Shown here: piece by piece, positions 1-15,092 of the stretch
How the letters are laid out: each line of letters begins with the position of its first letter
How positions within the stretch are numbered: position 1 is the stretch's first letter
Source of the DNA: the human T2T-CHM13v2.0 reference genome, Homo sapiens
NCBI RefSeq assembly: GCF_009914755.1
Contig: NC_060929.1
Direction: 5' to 3' (one strand)
DNA length: 64,000 bases
Notes under the pieces: model-generated
Databases searched by the model: none
What the model was told of the DNA's origin: nothing
Seen by the model: the letters and a program-made list of their open reading frames with translations, nothing else
Translations under genes and position numbers: made by a program

Positions 1-2046
1 CTGCTGTCTGTAAGACATGACTTTGATCCTCATTCACCTTCTGCCATGATTATGAGGCCTCCCAGACATGTGGAAATGTGAGTCAACTAAACCTTTTTCC
101 TTTATAAATCACCCAGTCTCAGGTATGTCTTTATTAGTGGCATGAGAACAGACTACTAATACAGTAAATTGTTATCAGATAGTGGGGTGGTGCTGTAAAG
201 ACACCTGAAAATGTGGAAGAGACTATGGAACTGGGTAACAGGCAGAGGCTGGAACAGTTTGGAGGGCTCAGAAGACAGGAAGATGTGGGAAAGTTTGGAA
301 CTTCCTGGAGACTTGTTGAATGGATTTGATCAAAAAGTCCAGGCTGAGGTGGTCTCAGATGGAGATGAGGAACTTGTTGGGAACTGGAGTAAATGCCACT
401 CTTGATATGCACAGATACTGGCAGCATTTTGCCCCTGTCCTAGAGGTCTGTGGAACTTCGAGCTTGAGAGAGATGATTTAGGATATCTGGTGGAAGAACT
501 TTCTAAGTGGCAAAGCATTCAAGAGGAAGCAGGTCATAAAAGTTTGAAAAAAATTGCAGCCTGACAATGTGATAGAAAAGAAAACACCATTTTCTGGGGA
601 GAAATTCAAGCCAGCTGTAGAAATTTGCCCAAGTAATGAGGAGCCAAATGTTAATCCCCAAGACAATGGGAAAAATGTCTCCAGGGCATGTCAGAGACCT
701 TCATGGCAGCCCCTTCCATCACAGGCCTGGAGGTCTGGGAGGAAAAAATGGTTTCCTGGGCCTGGTCCCCAGGCCCCCCACACTCAAACCCCGCTCTATG
801 CAGCCTTGGGACATAGTGCCCTGCATCTCAGCTGCTCCAGCTCCAGCTGTGGCTAAAAGGGGCCAATGTACAGCTCAGGCTGTTGCTTCAGAGGTTGTAA
901 GCCCTAAACCTTGGTGGCTTCCACATGGTGTTGGGCCTGTGAGTGCACAGAAGTCAAGAATTGAGGTTTGGGAACTCCACCTAGATTTTAGAGGATGTAT
1001 GCAAATGCCTGGATGTCCAGGCAGAGGTGTGCTGCAGGGGTGGAGCCCTAATGGAGAACCTCTGCTAGGGCAGTGTGGAAGGGAAATGTGGGGTCGCAGC
1101 CCCCACACAGAGTCCCCACTGGGACACTGTCTAGTGGAGCTGTGAGAAGAGGGCCACCATCCTCCAGACCCCAGAATGGTAGATTCACCAACAACAACTT
1201 GTACTGTGTGCCTAGAAAAGCCACAGGCACTCAACACCAGCCCATGAAAGCAGCGTGAGAGGGGCTGTAACCTGCAAAGCTACAGGGGCGGAGCTGCCCA
1301 AGACCATGGGGACCCACCTCTTGCTTCAGCATGACCTGGATGTGAGACATGGAGTCAAAAGGGATCATTATGGAGCTTTAAGATTTGACTGCCCCACTGG
1401 ATTTCAGACTTGCATGAGGCTTGTAGCCCCTTTGTTTTGACCAATTTGTCCCATTTGGAACAGGTGTATTTACCCAATGCCTGCACAACCATTGTATCTA
1501 GGAAGTAACTAACTTGCTTTCAATTTTACAGGCTCCTAGGCAGAAGGGACTTGCCTTGTCTCAGATTAGACTTTGGAATTGGACTTTTAGGTTAATGCTA
1601 GAATGAGCTAAGACTTTGGAGAGTTGTTGGGAAGGCATGATTGTGTTTTGAAATGTGAGGACATGAGATTTGGGAGGAGCCCGGGGCAGAATGATATGGT
1701 TTGGCTGTGTCCCCACCCAAATCTCACTTAGAATTGTAATAATCCCCATGAGTCAACAGCGGGGCTAGGTGAAGATAGCTGAATTATGGGAGCAGTTTTC
1801 CCCATACTGTTCTCATGGTAGTGAATAAGTCTCACAAGATCTGATGGTTTTACAAAGGGGTTTTCTCCTACACAAGCTCTCTTTCCTGCCGCCATTTAAG
1901 ATGTGATTCTGCTCCTCATTTGCCTTCTGCCGTGATTGTGAGGCCTCCCAGCCATGTGGAACTGTGTGTCAATTAAACCTCTTTCCTTTATAAATTACCC
2001 ATTCTTGGTTATGTCTTTATTAGCAGTGGCAGAACAGACTACTACA
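1..2046 (+). mobile_element. THE1B-like MaLR LTR element, near full length (5' LTR end 1-163, internal 164-1691, 3' LTR 1692-2046)
   Basis: 3' LTR starts TGATATGGTTTGGCTGTGTCCCCACCCAAATCTC and ends ...CAGACTACTACA. The same LTR end occurs at 1-163. ~1.5 kb typical THE1-int between them. Confidence 0.92.
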
Positions 2047-4105
2047 ATGGCCATCTGCTCCTTGAAAAACTCATACTGATTATGCAGACAATAATTAGTA
2101 ACATTACTTTCTCAATATCCCCAAATACAAGTCCCAAAAAAGATGTGCACAATGATTCTGGAAGCATCCCTCACTGTGTTTCCCTAACCACAAGTAGAAA
2201 AAAAGTGTATGTGGCCAGAAGCATTAATCCCAAAACCTAAACCAACTTATACAAAAGGAGAAACAATTACTTTCATTGTTCAATTTTTTAACAGCTTTCC
2301 CGAGGTATAATAAACATACAATCAGCATCATATATTTAAAGTGTACATGTATGGTTTTATACATGTATAACCCCATCATCATTACAACCTATATAACAAC
2401 ATATCCTTCACTCTTACAAGTTACCACCTGTTCCTGTGTCATTGTTCTATCCTGCCTATCCATACCTTTGCATCCCTAGGCAACCACTACTCTGCAAGTC
2501 GTCATAGTAGTTTTAATTATCTAGAATTATATAAAAATAAAATCATAATGTATTTACTTTTTCAACTGTCTTCTTTTGCTCAGCCTAAATAATTTAAGGT
2601 TCATCAATAATGTACATATAAATAATTCATTACTTTTTTAACAAACAATAAATATTCCGTTGTATGCACTGTATGAATATACAACTTGTTTCTTGATTTA
2701 TCTGCTGATGGGCATTTGGGTTGTTTGCAGTTTGGCACTATTACAAATAAGGCTGCTACAAAGCCTTTGAGTACAAGTTTTTGTATGAATATAAGCTTTC
2801 ATTTAGCTGGGGCAAATAAAGCGTGAAATAGCCTAATCATATGATATGCATATACTTAACTTTTTAAGAAACTTGACAGTTTTCAAAAATGGTTGTACCA
2901 TGTACTTTCTTACAAGCAATGCATACAGTAGAATGACATCTCATTGTGATTTTAGTTTGCATTTCCCTAATGATGAATGACATTGAAAATCACAATGAGA
3001 TACTGCTCTACTGGACTTCATACATTCCTGGTAAGACTTTTGCTGTGATTTTGATCAGTCCTATGCTGAATTCATACAACAATTTTGGGAGAAGAGATAC
3101 CCCACAATATTGAGTCTTCCAACTAATGAACATATGTATTTCTTCATTTATTAGGTCTTCATTAATTTTGTTCAGCAATGTTTTGCAGTTTTCAGCACAT
3201 GGGCTTCTGCATCTTTTGCAGAATTATCCATGAGTATTACATAATAAATAAGATGATGTAAATGGTATTGTTTTCAACTTAGATTTTCAACTGATCATTG
3301 TTAGATATGGAAATGCAACTGCCATTAGTTTGTATCCTGCAGCCTTGCTGAACTTACTTATGAGCTCCAGTAGATTTTTGTAAAGTCCATCGGATTTTCT
3401 ACATAGACAATAACATCATCTACAAGTAAAACAATTTTACTTCCTCCTTTCCAAATACATGACTTTCATTTCTTTGTATTGCCTATTGCCATTGCTAGGA
3501 CCAAACAGTGCAATGTTCAACAGAAGTGACGAGAGTGACTATCCTTGCTTTGTTACCATATTACAGTTTTTTTGGAAATGCCCTTCTTTCATGTTGAGGA
3601 AATTCTCTTCTATTCTTTATCTTGCTGACTGTTTTGGGAACAGATTTTGGCATCAGAATTTGTCAAATGCTTTGTCAGCTATATTTAGATGAACACTCTG
3701 ATTTTTTAGAATTTGTTCATATAGTGAAACACGATGTTTTTTAATATCATAGGATAAATCTCAATTGGCTATGATCTATTATCCTTTTACCATATTATTG
3801 ATACATTTGCTAAAATTTTGTTGAGAAATTGTATATCATAATTGATATTTATATGTTGTTTTCTTCTTGATATGTCTTTTTCTGGTTTTGGTATCAAGGT
3901 AATTTGGCCTCACAGAAGCAGTTGGGAAGTTTTAACTCCTGTTCAACTTTCTAGAGAAATCTACATAGAATTGGTATTTTTGCTTTCTTAAATGTTTGGT
4001 AGAATTCACCAGTAAAGCTTTTTGGGCCAGTAGTTTTCTTCATGAGAAGGTTTTAAGTTACACATTCAATTTATTTAATTGATACAGGGATATTCATGTT
4101 ATTTA

Positions 4106-4428
4106 CAGCAGTCCCTTAGTATCTGCAGGGAACTGGTTCCAGGATGCCCAGAGATACCGAAATCCATAGAGGCTCAAGTCCCTGATAAAAAAATTATGTA
4201 GTATTTGCATATAACATACACACATTCACCCATACACTTTAAATAAGCTCTAGATTACCAATAGTACATAATACAAGGTAAATGCTATATAAATGGTTGT
4301 CTTACTGCTAAACTTTTTAAGTTCATATTATTTTTTGTTGTATTGTTATTTTTATTGTTATTTTCAAATATTTTTGATCCATGGCTGAATCCACATGCAT
4401 GGAACTCATGGATTCAAAAGGCCACCTG
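4106..4428 (+). mobile_element. MER2 (Tigger-family MITE)
   Basis: CAGCAGTCCCTTAGTATCTG...GGTTCCAGGA start, ...AGGCCACCTG end, TA on both sides. Confidence 0.88.
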
Positions 4429-6984
4429 TATTCTTAATTGAGCTTTGGCGATATATGTCTTTCAAGAAATTATTTACCTTATTTTTGCTTTTGAGTTGTT
4501 CATTATCTACTTAATATCCATTTAATATGATCTTTCTTGCTACATGTTCCATGTGCAATAAAAAGGAATGTATATTATCTGCTGCTGTGTGGCAAAGTGT
4601 TCTATAAATATTAAATAGGTCAAGTAGATTGACAGCAGTGCTAAAGTTTTCTATGCCCGTATTGACTTCTTATCTACTCTCAATTATTGAGAGGGGGTAC
4701 TGAAATCTCCATTAATTATGGATTTGTCTACACCTCCTTGCAGTTCTGTTTTTATTTCATGTATTTTGAAGCTATGCTATTAAGTGAGAGAACACTTAGA
4801 ACCATCACATCTTCTTGATTAACTGACCGCTTTATTATTATGAAATGGCCTTCTTTATGCCTGATACTATTACTTGCTCTGAAATCTTCTTTGTCTGATA
4901 TTAACTTAGCTACTCCAGCTTTAATTTGATTACTATTAGCCAATTATTTCTTTTTACATCTTTTAGGTCTTAATCCATTAGTGTCTTCTATTTAAAATAG
5001 ATTTCTTATAGGCAGCATATAATTGGATTTTTAAAATCCTACATAACAATCTTTATCTTTCAATTGGAGTGTTGAGACCATTTACATTTATTGTGATGAT
5101 TGACATGGCTAGGTTTCAATCTACCACTTTCTATTTGTTTTCTAACTATCCATTAATCATTTGTTCTTCTTACCTTCTTTTGTTGCTTTCTTCTTTATTA
5201 TTCCATTTTATCACCTTTTGTTGGCTTTTTAATCATTACTCTGTATTTTTAGTGCTTACTCTAAGGTTTACACCACACATCTTTAACTTATCAATGTCTA
5301 TCTTCAAGTAACATAATTCTTGACATATAGTATAGGCACATCCCAGCCTCTGTGTATTGTTTTATTATTTTACCACCACATCTACTCTACACCCCATAGG
5401 ACATTGTAATTAATTTTTGTTCAGTCAATTGTTTCCTAAAAAGATTTAAAATACTAAGGAAAAGTATTATATATTTACCCACATAGTTACGTTTTTTGAT
5501 ACTTTTCATTCCTTTCAATATTTTTCAAAGAATATTCAAAAATATTTGGCAATATTTTTCTTCAGCCTAAAGAACTGCCTTAATATTTCTTACTGTGCAG
5601 GTGACTGGAAAATGAATTCTTCCCTTTTATATATTGGGAAAAAGCTTTATTTATTTTACTTCTGATTTTGAAAGACATTTTATTAAATATAAAAGCCTAG
5701 ACAGAGAATTGTCTTTTTCAACTTTAGTGCTCTAAATGTGCTGTTCCACTTTCCTTTTTACTTGTACTGTTTTGGACAAATAATTTGTTGTTATTTTTAT
5801 CTTCTTTTCCTCTATACAAAATGTATCTCTTTTCTCTGGCTACTTTAAGATTTCCCTGTATCCCTGGTTTTGAGAAATTGATTATGATGTATCTTAATAT
5901 AATTTTCTTCAAGTTTCTTTTGCTTGGGGATTCATTGATCTTGGGTCTGTCAGTTTATAGCATTTATCAAATTTGGAAAAATTTTGACCATTATTTCTTC
6001 AAATATATTTTTTCTGCCATCTATTATTTTGCTAACTCTAAATATATGTATTTAGTTTGCTGAAAGTTGTCACAGAGCTCACTTATGCTCTCCTACATTC
6101 TTAAGCCTTTTTTTCTTTGTGCTTTATTTCAAATAATTTCTGTTGCTATGTTTTCAGGCTCACTAGTCTTTTCGCCTATAATGTCTCATCTCCCATTAAT
6201 CCCATCCAGAAAAATGTTCACCTCAGACATTGTAGTTTTCATCTGTAGAAGTTCAATTTGGATTCCACATCTCTACTTAACATTTTTAATCTTTCCTCCA
6301 ACTTTAGGGACATAAGGAATACCTTATAATAACTACTTTCATCTTCCAGTCTGTTAATTCTAACATCTTTGTCAGTTTGGGGTGAATTTTAGTTGATTTT
6401 TTTTCCATTTTGATCATGCTCTCCTGCTTCTTTACACAAAATTTTTGATTGCAGATATTTGATTAGATACCATGTATTGGGATTTTTTTTTACTTTATTT
6501 AGTGCTTAATATTTTTGTATTCTTATAAATATTCTTAAACTTTCTAGATAGATGTTTGATCCTTTTAGCTGTTACTTTTAAAATTTATTCTCCACAGCCA
6601 GAGCAGCATTTAGTCTATAGTTAATTGTTCTCCACTATTGAGGCAACACTATTCTGAGTACTCTAACCAATACCCCACCAATTATGTGACCCTCTAATCT
6701 GGTTAGAGAGGAAGGCAGTATTTCCAGGCTTATGTGCACTCTGAGTATTGTTCCTTTCACTCCTTTCAAGCAGTTCCTTCTCCAGTCTCAGAAAGATTCC
6801 TCACATGAATGTGATTGTCAGTATTCTGCTGAAAACTTGAGAGACAGCCTCTGTAGATGTCACAAGTTCTCTCTATATATCTGTTTCCTCACCAGGATTC
6901 TGCCCTGAGAACTCTAGCCATCTTGATCTCCCCAGAACTTAGGGAGTCTGCTAGGCCGTGCCTGGATTTTCTCACCCCGTAGCA

Positions 6985-7205
6985 CAGGAGTGTTCAATCT
7001 TTTGATTTCCCTGGGCCACACTGGAAGAAGAATTGTCTTGGGCCACACATAAAATACACTGACGATAGCTGATGACCAAAAAAAGAAAAAAGAAAAAAAA
7101 CCCTGATAATGGTTTAAGAAAGTTTACGAATTTGTGTTGGGCTGCATTCAAAGCTCTCCTGGGCTGCATGAAGCCTGTGGGCCACAGGTGGGGCAAACTT
7201 CCATG
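6985..7205 (+). mobile_element. MER30 (hAT-Charlie MITE)
   Basis: CAGGAGTGTTCAATCTTTTG...CCCTGGGCCACA...AAGAAAGTTTACGAATTTGTGTTGGGC. Possible 8-bp TSD ccgtagca/ttgtagca. Confidence 0.88.
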
Positions 7206-9044
7206 TTGTAGCACAACCTGGAAAAACCCTTTCAGGCAGCAAGCTGCGGAAGTCAAAAGGTTCACACTGTTGTTTCCCTTCTCTCACGGGTCACTGTTTT
7301 TTGTTGCTTAGTGTCCAATATCATGAAAACCACATTTTCATATATTCTGTTCCGTGTTTTATTCTTTTCAGGCAGGAAGGCTAATTTATTCCTGTTAGTC
7401 TATCTTGGCTAAACACAGAAGTCTGAATTTTGTTTTAAGCTCTATGAGTTTTGAATATTTTAGATTATATACATAAAGAAATTCTGAGCCTATGAATTCA
7501 GAGTCATAATCTGAAATACATATATATGTGTGTGTATTCCCTAGGCTAGATAAGAAAATAATCCCCAAACGACAAGCCATCCCTTTAATTCAATGGTATC
7601 ATGTGCCTTGTTATCAGTACTCATATTGAACTGACACAATATAGTTCTAAAGAGTGGAAATACATTATTTTTGCAATGTCGTGTTTCACTAGAATCAAAG
7701 TTGAGGCTAAGTATATGGGTTCTGAGGTTATACCACCAGTGTTCCAATCCTACTTTCTTATTAGCTGAGTTAACATGAGAAAATTGCTTCACTTCTTTAT
7801 ACCTCCATTTTTTTATTCATGGTGTTATGTTAAAAAATATTTTGGGTTGTTAAAAATATTAATTCCTCTAAAGTATTTATCATAGTAAAAGTTCAGTAAA
7901 TGTTATCTTCCCTCCAAATTATATAATTTCCAATTTATATTAAAAATCTAAGTTTTGTACACATAAATCATAATCCTAGTGAAATATTATACAACTTTAA
8001 TCTAGCAGACATGCAGTGAGTTCTAAGAGATTCCACCCTTCATTCTATTTTGTTTGCCACTCCAGAATGACGTTTGTGGAGAACTGCTTTCAAGCATACA
8101 AGTCATTCATAGCTCCTCTACTCAGTGCCTACTTGAGGGTATAGAGGGCAGCCTCTTGACTCCAGCATTTCAGACTTTGTAAATTAAGGTCTGTGTCTAT
8201 TTTTCCAGCCTCATCATCTACTCTTTCCTTTCACTAACTGTGTATTACAACCACACGAAATGATTAATCTCTGTGAACATTCAAGGACCTTTATTATCTC
8301 TATACTTATTTTCATCCTATTTCTTCTACTTGGAATCCCCCATGTTTATGCAGTCACATGTATGATGCGTCTTCCATTATGCTGCACTGTGTGGAGTATA
8401 AGAAACACAAAGGCAATTTTAGAAAAGTATCTCTGCTCTTAAGAGGCCTACAGCCAAGCAAATACACAGTCACAACACAATGAAAAGAGCTATTCTAGAG
8501 GAATGGATATATGGCAGGTAAAAGGACAGGACAGACTGCCTTAGTTTTGCCCAATAAATAAGATGGGGGTAGGAAGGTAGGGTGGTCAAAGAAAGTATCA
8601 CAGATGGACTCCTCTCTGTACTGTTTGAAAAACTCTCTGACCTACTTCTTCATTCAGATTTAGCAATATGCAAATCTATAGATTACAAGTACTTGGCTTA
8701 AGTAAACTCTACCTATATATGAGTTATACTATAAACTGTTTAGAATAATAACTTGTGTATAGGAAAAGGGCAAACTAAGACATTTTCAAAAGACCAGTTA
8801 AGTAATGAGTACTAATAGGAACACTGACATTTACAATAAAAACATGTCAAAACAAGATAAGTAGGGTCTAATTCAACTGCATAAAAACAAGGTCATAATA
8901 ATGATATACAATATTTTCCAGTCAATCTGTACCGTTACCAAAAATCCCACAAAAGGTAAAATAGTGAAACTTACGCTGTTCACAACTGATGTCCCAGAGA
9001 TCCTGAAACAGTCTCTCTCTCACCCATTAGGACAATTTTATCTA

Positions 9045-9387
<343 letters not shown>

Positions 9388-9889
9388 TTAAATTATAGCT
9401 GATCATTTATTGAGCAGTTAACTCTGTGCTAGACACAGGCCACGGCACTTCATTTCTTGTTTAAATCTCATCTCAGGATTGTGAACTTCTCTTAAAGTAT
9501 CCACTTTATTCTAAGTCTTTCCACTGTCAATAAAAACATCATCAAGCCTTATTTGTATGACTTAAATAGGTCGCAACATTCTTTTTTCTCCCATTTGAGA
9601 GTCCATTTTCGAATATTCTATTTCTAATAACCAGCCACCACATCTATCATTTTGATAACTGGGGAGTCCTCTTAAAACGATATTAGCATTAATGACCATT
9701 ATTTATTTCATTTATTGGATGCCAGGCATTATATCATTCAATCTTCACAAAAATGATTCAAAGTTAACATAATAGATATATATTATATATGTACAAACAG
9801 GCATCAGATAGGGCAATCACATTTCTAAAGTTACATAGGTTTTAATATTAAGCTTTGATTTTGACTACAGCCTGTGTTCTAAAAATACA

Positions 9890-10005
9890 ACAAGTAACAC
9901 TTAGTGGAAGCTTACCATGTGTCAGGCACACTGCCTATTGTGTGTCAGGTGCTTAACACATTATTGCTTTTAATCTTTCCAACGAATCTGTGAGGTGATT
10001 ATGGG
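9890..10005 (-). mobile_element. MIR fragment
   Basis: agcttaccatgtgtcaggcac...ttaatctttccaac resembles antisense MIR. Confidence 0.5.
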
Positions 10006-10855
10006 TCCACAACTGTTTATCTGAAACCCCTGGAGACAGGTGTTATTTAAGAATTTGTAACTTTTGAAATATACGGTATTTGTTACATAACTTCCCCCAT
10101 ATACATGCACATCTGATTTAATTACTTTTGAGTAAATTCTATATAATAACAACTGATTACATTTAATTTGTGTGTGTCTGGTAGTTTTTCCCAGTTTCTA
10201 CACCAATTAACCTCTAATGTCTTTTAATCCGATGTTGAAACAGGAAAACAAGAAAAAATATTTATGGAGTTAAAAATATAAAATATTCTAGCCTTTGTAT
10301 TTTATATTGCAGGTTTCCCTGCCTGTAGGTAGATAAACCAAAATCAAAGAAAGAGCTGGAATAAATGAGATACACACTGCTTTTGTTCAAAAGAGAATAA
10401 AATATCAGGATCTACTGGGCTGCCAAAAGTTCAGTCTTATTTTACAGATCTAAACAGCAGACTCTTAAATTAAGGATTAAGAAGTGAAAGCCTGGCCTCT
10501 CCCAGGTAGATCAATCAGTGAATTGATTTTTCTCCCTGATTTAAGTCCTTCCTTTATACAACACCAAGCGTCTCCACTTCTCTTCTAGCATTACATCTCT
10601 CTTTTCTTATCAGTCTTCATTTTCTCCTTCCCCTCTTTTTCTTCCACTTCCCACTGTCTGCTTTTCCTTCTCTAATTTTCTTTCCCTCTGTTCTTAATGG
10701 CATTCAAGATAAGGGTATCAACTGAGCTAGTGCCAAAAAGTTAAGTTCCCACAGATCTTTTGGTATTTCTCTGATGCCCATTTAAGGCTAAGTTTAGCTT
10801 AGAGAGTGCAAGGTTATAAAATGCTCTTCTTAACGGCCTCACAAGTGCAGAAATA

Positions 10856-10875
10856 TGTGTGTGTGTGTGTGTGTG
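10856..10875. repeat. (TG)10 microsatellite
   Basis: Directly visible. Confidence 0.95.
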
Positions 10876-13800
10876 CCTGAGGGTACATGTGAGTCTGACA
10901 TCTGCAGTTGGTAACATTCTCTCTCTGCTTATTGTAATTTTCATTCTACTAAATCTTCAGAGTGCAAGAAAAAGGGAGACATTTTATTTCTGCAAAATAA
11001 ATATCAGCTTAGTAATTAGGGTAATTGGTCATGAATTATGGAGTTTAAATAACATTAGTATAAGATTTAATCATGATATATCTCAGGAATTAGTCTGATA
11101 CTGTTTTTCCCACTGTAGTAAGCTATGTTTTTTCATTCTACATTCATTTGACTGAAAGAAAGACTTTTGTAATTTGTCCTGCATTAGTGAGCATTTCTGA
11201 GCTCTCTTACTTTTTGTTCCTACTCCTATTACGGTATTTACTGTGTCTTATTGCATCCTCATGTGTAAAGTAGATGACTAGTTTTTCAATAATTTGCTTC
11301 TCATTAATAAGAAGTATATATTGGTTTTTCTTATAACTCAAGTTCCAAGTACTTAGCCTAATACTGTAAGAGTACTCAACAAATATTGGATGAATAAATA
11401 TTAAATATTTAAATTTAAAAATTAGTTTAGTTACACTCTTGTATATTCTAATTTGTAGTTAAAAAGGTAAATTGAAGTAAACACCCCAAAGCACGTATAA
11501 CTTACTCTTATATCTTGCTTGTCCTTTTGTGTTATTACAACGTGCAGTGTACGTTATAGTCTCCAAGACATTAACGGTAATTAATCCTAAGTGTAGGAAT
11601 TATGAGTAATTAGATTCTCGTCTTTCATCTTGTTTTATTTCTAAATTACTTTATAATAAACATGCATGACATTTTAAAACAGAAAATTACAATGGAACTT
11701 ATTTTCTTAAAAACATTGTTTATACATTTCTTGAAAGTATCAAATTCACTGGGTATAGAATTCTATGTAATACCAGCTTGTTCTCGTCACCATATTCCCT
11801 ATATTCCTGGTCATACTACTAATTTGCTATGTTACTTGAATGTTCATAAGCTGTACAGTCACCCTGAATACTTTATAATACATTCCAAGTCCATTGGATT
11901 AACAAGTATATCAGTTATTTCTAAACGAACTTGAGTCTGGGTCTACATTATTCTCAGAATTCAGGAAAATCCAAATTTGTCCATCTTTACACCTGCTCTT
12001 GGAGGATTTGGGTAAGGTCTAAGTAGATTTAATGGCTACTACAGTTACTTTACTTCCTGAAGTATGGGTGAATAAATAAAAATGTATACAATAATTAAAG
12101 AGTTTATAATTAGACGCCAAGTTGCCAGCATGCACACCTGAGTGGCAGGTTGTGGTTGACTCCTTTCAGAGAAGTTGTCATCATCATCTTCCCACTGAAT
12201 TAGACTATATGGGATCTTACACATCTGCTAAATGTCCTGGTTGGACAGCAGCAGAATAATGCAGAGTTCCAGCAAGCAGGACTCTGATGATGAGCAGGAC
12301 TGTTTCATGATGGGGTGAGTGAGTGAGAGCCCCTGACTAGAGATATCCAGGCAGAGATGGAGTGACTCCTTCTCAGCACGCTTTTAGACCTGGGTTCACG
12401 CATTAGGTCTATAACTGGATGATTTCATAAAAGGTAACCTAAATGGAAATCAATCTATTTTCATTTTACATAAAGGCTTGAAAGTTTAGATTTTTTGAAC
12501 TCTAACATTTGCAACTTGATCTCACCTTTAATTCCACTGAAGATGCAGATTAACAAAAGTCATTTTTCTTTAAAATGTCAATAATTAACAAATAATTTTC
12601 TAGTCCCTTTTTCCTTTAAGTTGTACTAAAAAAATGTACATTTTAAAGGAAATGTTACTAAGCACCAGATTATTTGAAATTTTACACAATTTGCATACTA
12701 TTTTAAGGAAGTCATGTTTACATGATAAAAACCATTTGTAGTAGTAATTTATGTATTACTTAAAAGGGTCTGGGATATATTTCTAACAGATGAGCCTTAT
12801 ATAAACTTCAAAGAAAATTCCATTACAAAAGATTTCAACAATCCTTTAAGTCAAAAAAGTTGAAAGAAGGACTCTAGACAGGCCACATTTGCGATCAAGT
12901 AATCACCTATTTGGTTCAGAAATTCCTCAGGTAAATCTATGTCTTGTCTACCCACCCTCTCCAAGTTTCTACTGATAAAACATAAGGTACATTTTAAGTG
13001 TTAGGGAAAAAACCCATCAGGTCTTACCATTGAATGCTGACTCCATTTCTGTTTAATCTCAAGTGTATATTAAGTGAGATATTTATTTTTTCTCAAATTA
13101 CATTTGTTTGGAAAGAGATACATAAACAATTGAGTACCTTCATATGCTATGGCCACAAATGAGCTGTCTGCATTTTACAATTAGCCTGTAACCACAAGAA
13201 CTCTTTTTTTTTTTTTTTGATGCTAAGTATAAAAGGTCATTGTACATATCAGCAAGTGTGAAAAGAGAACTCCAAAGAAGTTCAGGTTACCCACACTCAG
13301 ACTCAAGTTAAATACCATAATCATGCCAGCCATTGGTTACTACTCAGTCTCTGGGTCTGGAAACCAGTCTGCCAAAAGCCCAGACAGCTAGAAAAGCAGC
13401 CATGTTTTATCATATGACTGATCCCAAAAGGCCAATTTAAAGAGAAATTATGTGTTCTACATTAGGAGGAACAAATATCTCTGATTTTACAAAGGTCTTT
13501 TTATTAAGATAACAAAGAACATATATTTTGAAATTCAGTAATTTAAAAATATATATATAAACATTAAACGCTAACAGGGCACATGAGCTTACTCACCAAC
13601 CTCAACATAAGTGAGTTACTCTTTTTGCATCCACACAGACACAATGTTTCTTGAAAAAAATTATGAACTTCATTTTTAGTAGAATGGGTTATTATACATG
13701 TATAAATTCAATTTAAAACATCTCTTTAAAATATTAAAGTTCATGGTTCCTATGTAAGAGTGCAACTTGTTAACTCCTTCTTTGAAAGAAATGAAGCTTT

Positions 13801-14887
13801 AGAACTTCCATCTGAAGAGTAGTAAGTAATAAGACTTTTAAGAAACAAACCAACATTTAAAAAATATCCCAAGGGTAATCCATTAACTAATTAATCTTAC
13901 AATTTTTTTTGGAAAACATGCTACTGTACATGTAAAATATATGTAAATCTTTATTGAATTCTCAGAAATTTAGTAAGGACTAACAAATCTAATGAATGAA
14001 TAACTGTTGAAGAATAATGACGTAATTCCTGGAAGCCTCTGAGTTGAAACTACTCACCCAATTTCTTTGCCAATTACAAATTGACTTTGAAATCTGCTTC
14101 AGGATGAAAGAGCTACAAAGTTTACCTGACTCCCAGAAAAATGAAGATCATCTCTACCAATTATGATTATGTTTGAAATTTTAAATTTATTCTACATTCT
14201 ATGATGTTCAAATAAACTTAGCGTTATCTAAGAAATGTGTGTTATTCCATTCTGAATAATTTATCTTTTTATGCTAACGTTTCATAATTAATTTTTCTTT
14301 CCCAAATAAAAGCATCTGGTAAAGACATTTAAATTCATCCTAAGTGTAACATTAAACTCTTATCATTTGTGGAATGTACTTCAGTCCCAAGAAATCTCAA
14401 TTACATTAAAAATAATAAAAATATCTTGATGTATATATACATCCAAATGTATGTGAAAAAGATTTTACTTTTCAAACTTCACCATATAATTGTAATTTCT
14501 CAGTTTCTTCTCCAGGTTAAACTTGAAAAGCAAGATGAAGTTTTGTCAGGGTAATGAGTATAATTTTTAAAATATAAGGCTTTTTCACGACTCAAAGCCT
14601 CTATATGTATATAAACCTTGACCCCTACTTATCTGTAATATTTCATTGACATAATTTCATATATTCTAGTTTCACAATAAAGAAAGTGCTGTATAACTTG
14701 ATGCCACAACAAGCTCTGGAAAAATGCACTGAGGATGTAAATAACAATGAATGATTATGTAATATTAATTTTAGCTCAAGTTTGTTTTTACTGTTATGGC
14801 TCGATGCTAGTTATCACATTTTACAAAGTTTAACTTCTTGATATGTCATGAAACTGTTTACCATCAGGACATTATTTTAGATAGCTT

Positions 14888-15092
14888 ACACACAGCACAC
14901 ACACTCTTTTGCTCCTTTGTACTTGTGACCTGGGAGACCAGGAGTCAGGCTTCCGCTGGCCTAGAGGGAGCCAGCAAACTTGAGCCACTCCCCTCTCCCC
15001 ACTGCACTGCCCTGCACCGCAACTCAGCTCAACCTAAAAGATCACACTCTCTAGAATCCTTGAAACATAAATATTCCCATGATCCATAATGA
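14888..15092 (+). repeat. Direct repeat copy A (~205 bp), intron 5 side of exon 5
   Basis: Hand alignment to 16922-17127 gives about 22 differences (~89% identity). Confidence 0.93.

Larger units (their letters stand above)
2280..7430 (-). mobile_element. Old L1M element (3' end, ORF2 endonuclease and ORF1 remnants), interrupted by MER2 and MER30
   Basis: ORF 4752-4943 (KAGVAKLISDK...KEGHFIIIK) resembles L1 endonuclease. ORF 5724-5912 (LKVAREKR) resembles ORF1. Boundaries approximate. Confidence 0.75.

Noticed and set aside
134-1749. Many overlapping ORFs of up to 169 aa
   Set aside because: All lie inside the THE1 element; decayed MaLR sequence, not a gene.
12240-12420. Possible CR1/L3 or MIR3 remnant
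   Set aside because: Similarity too weak to support by eye.
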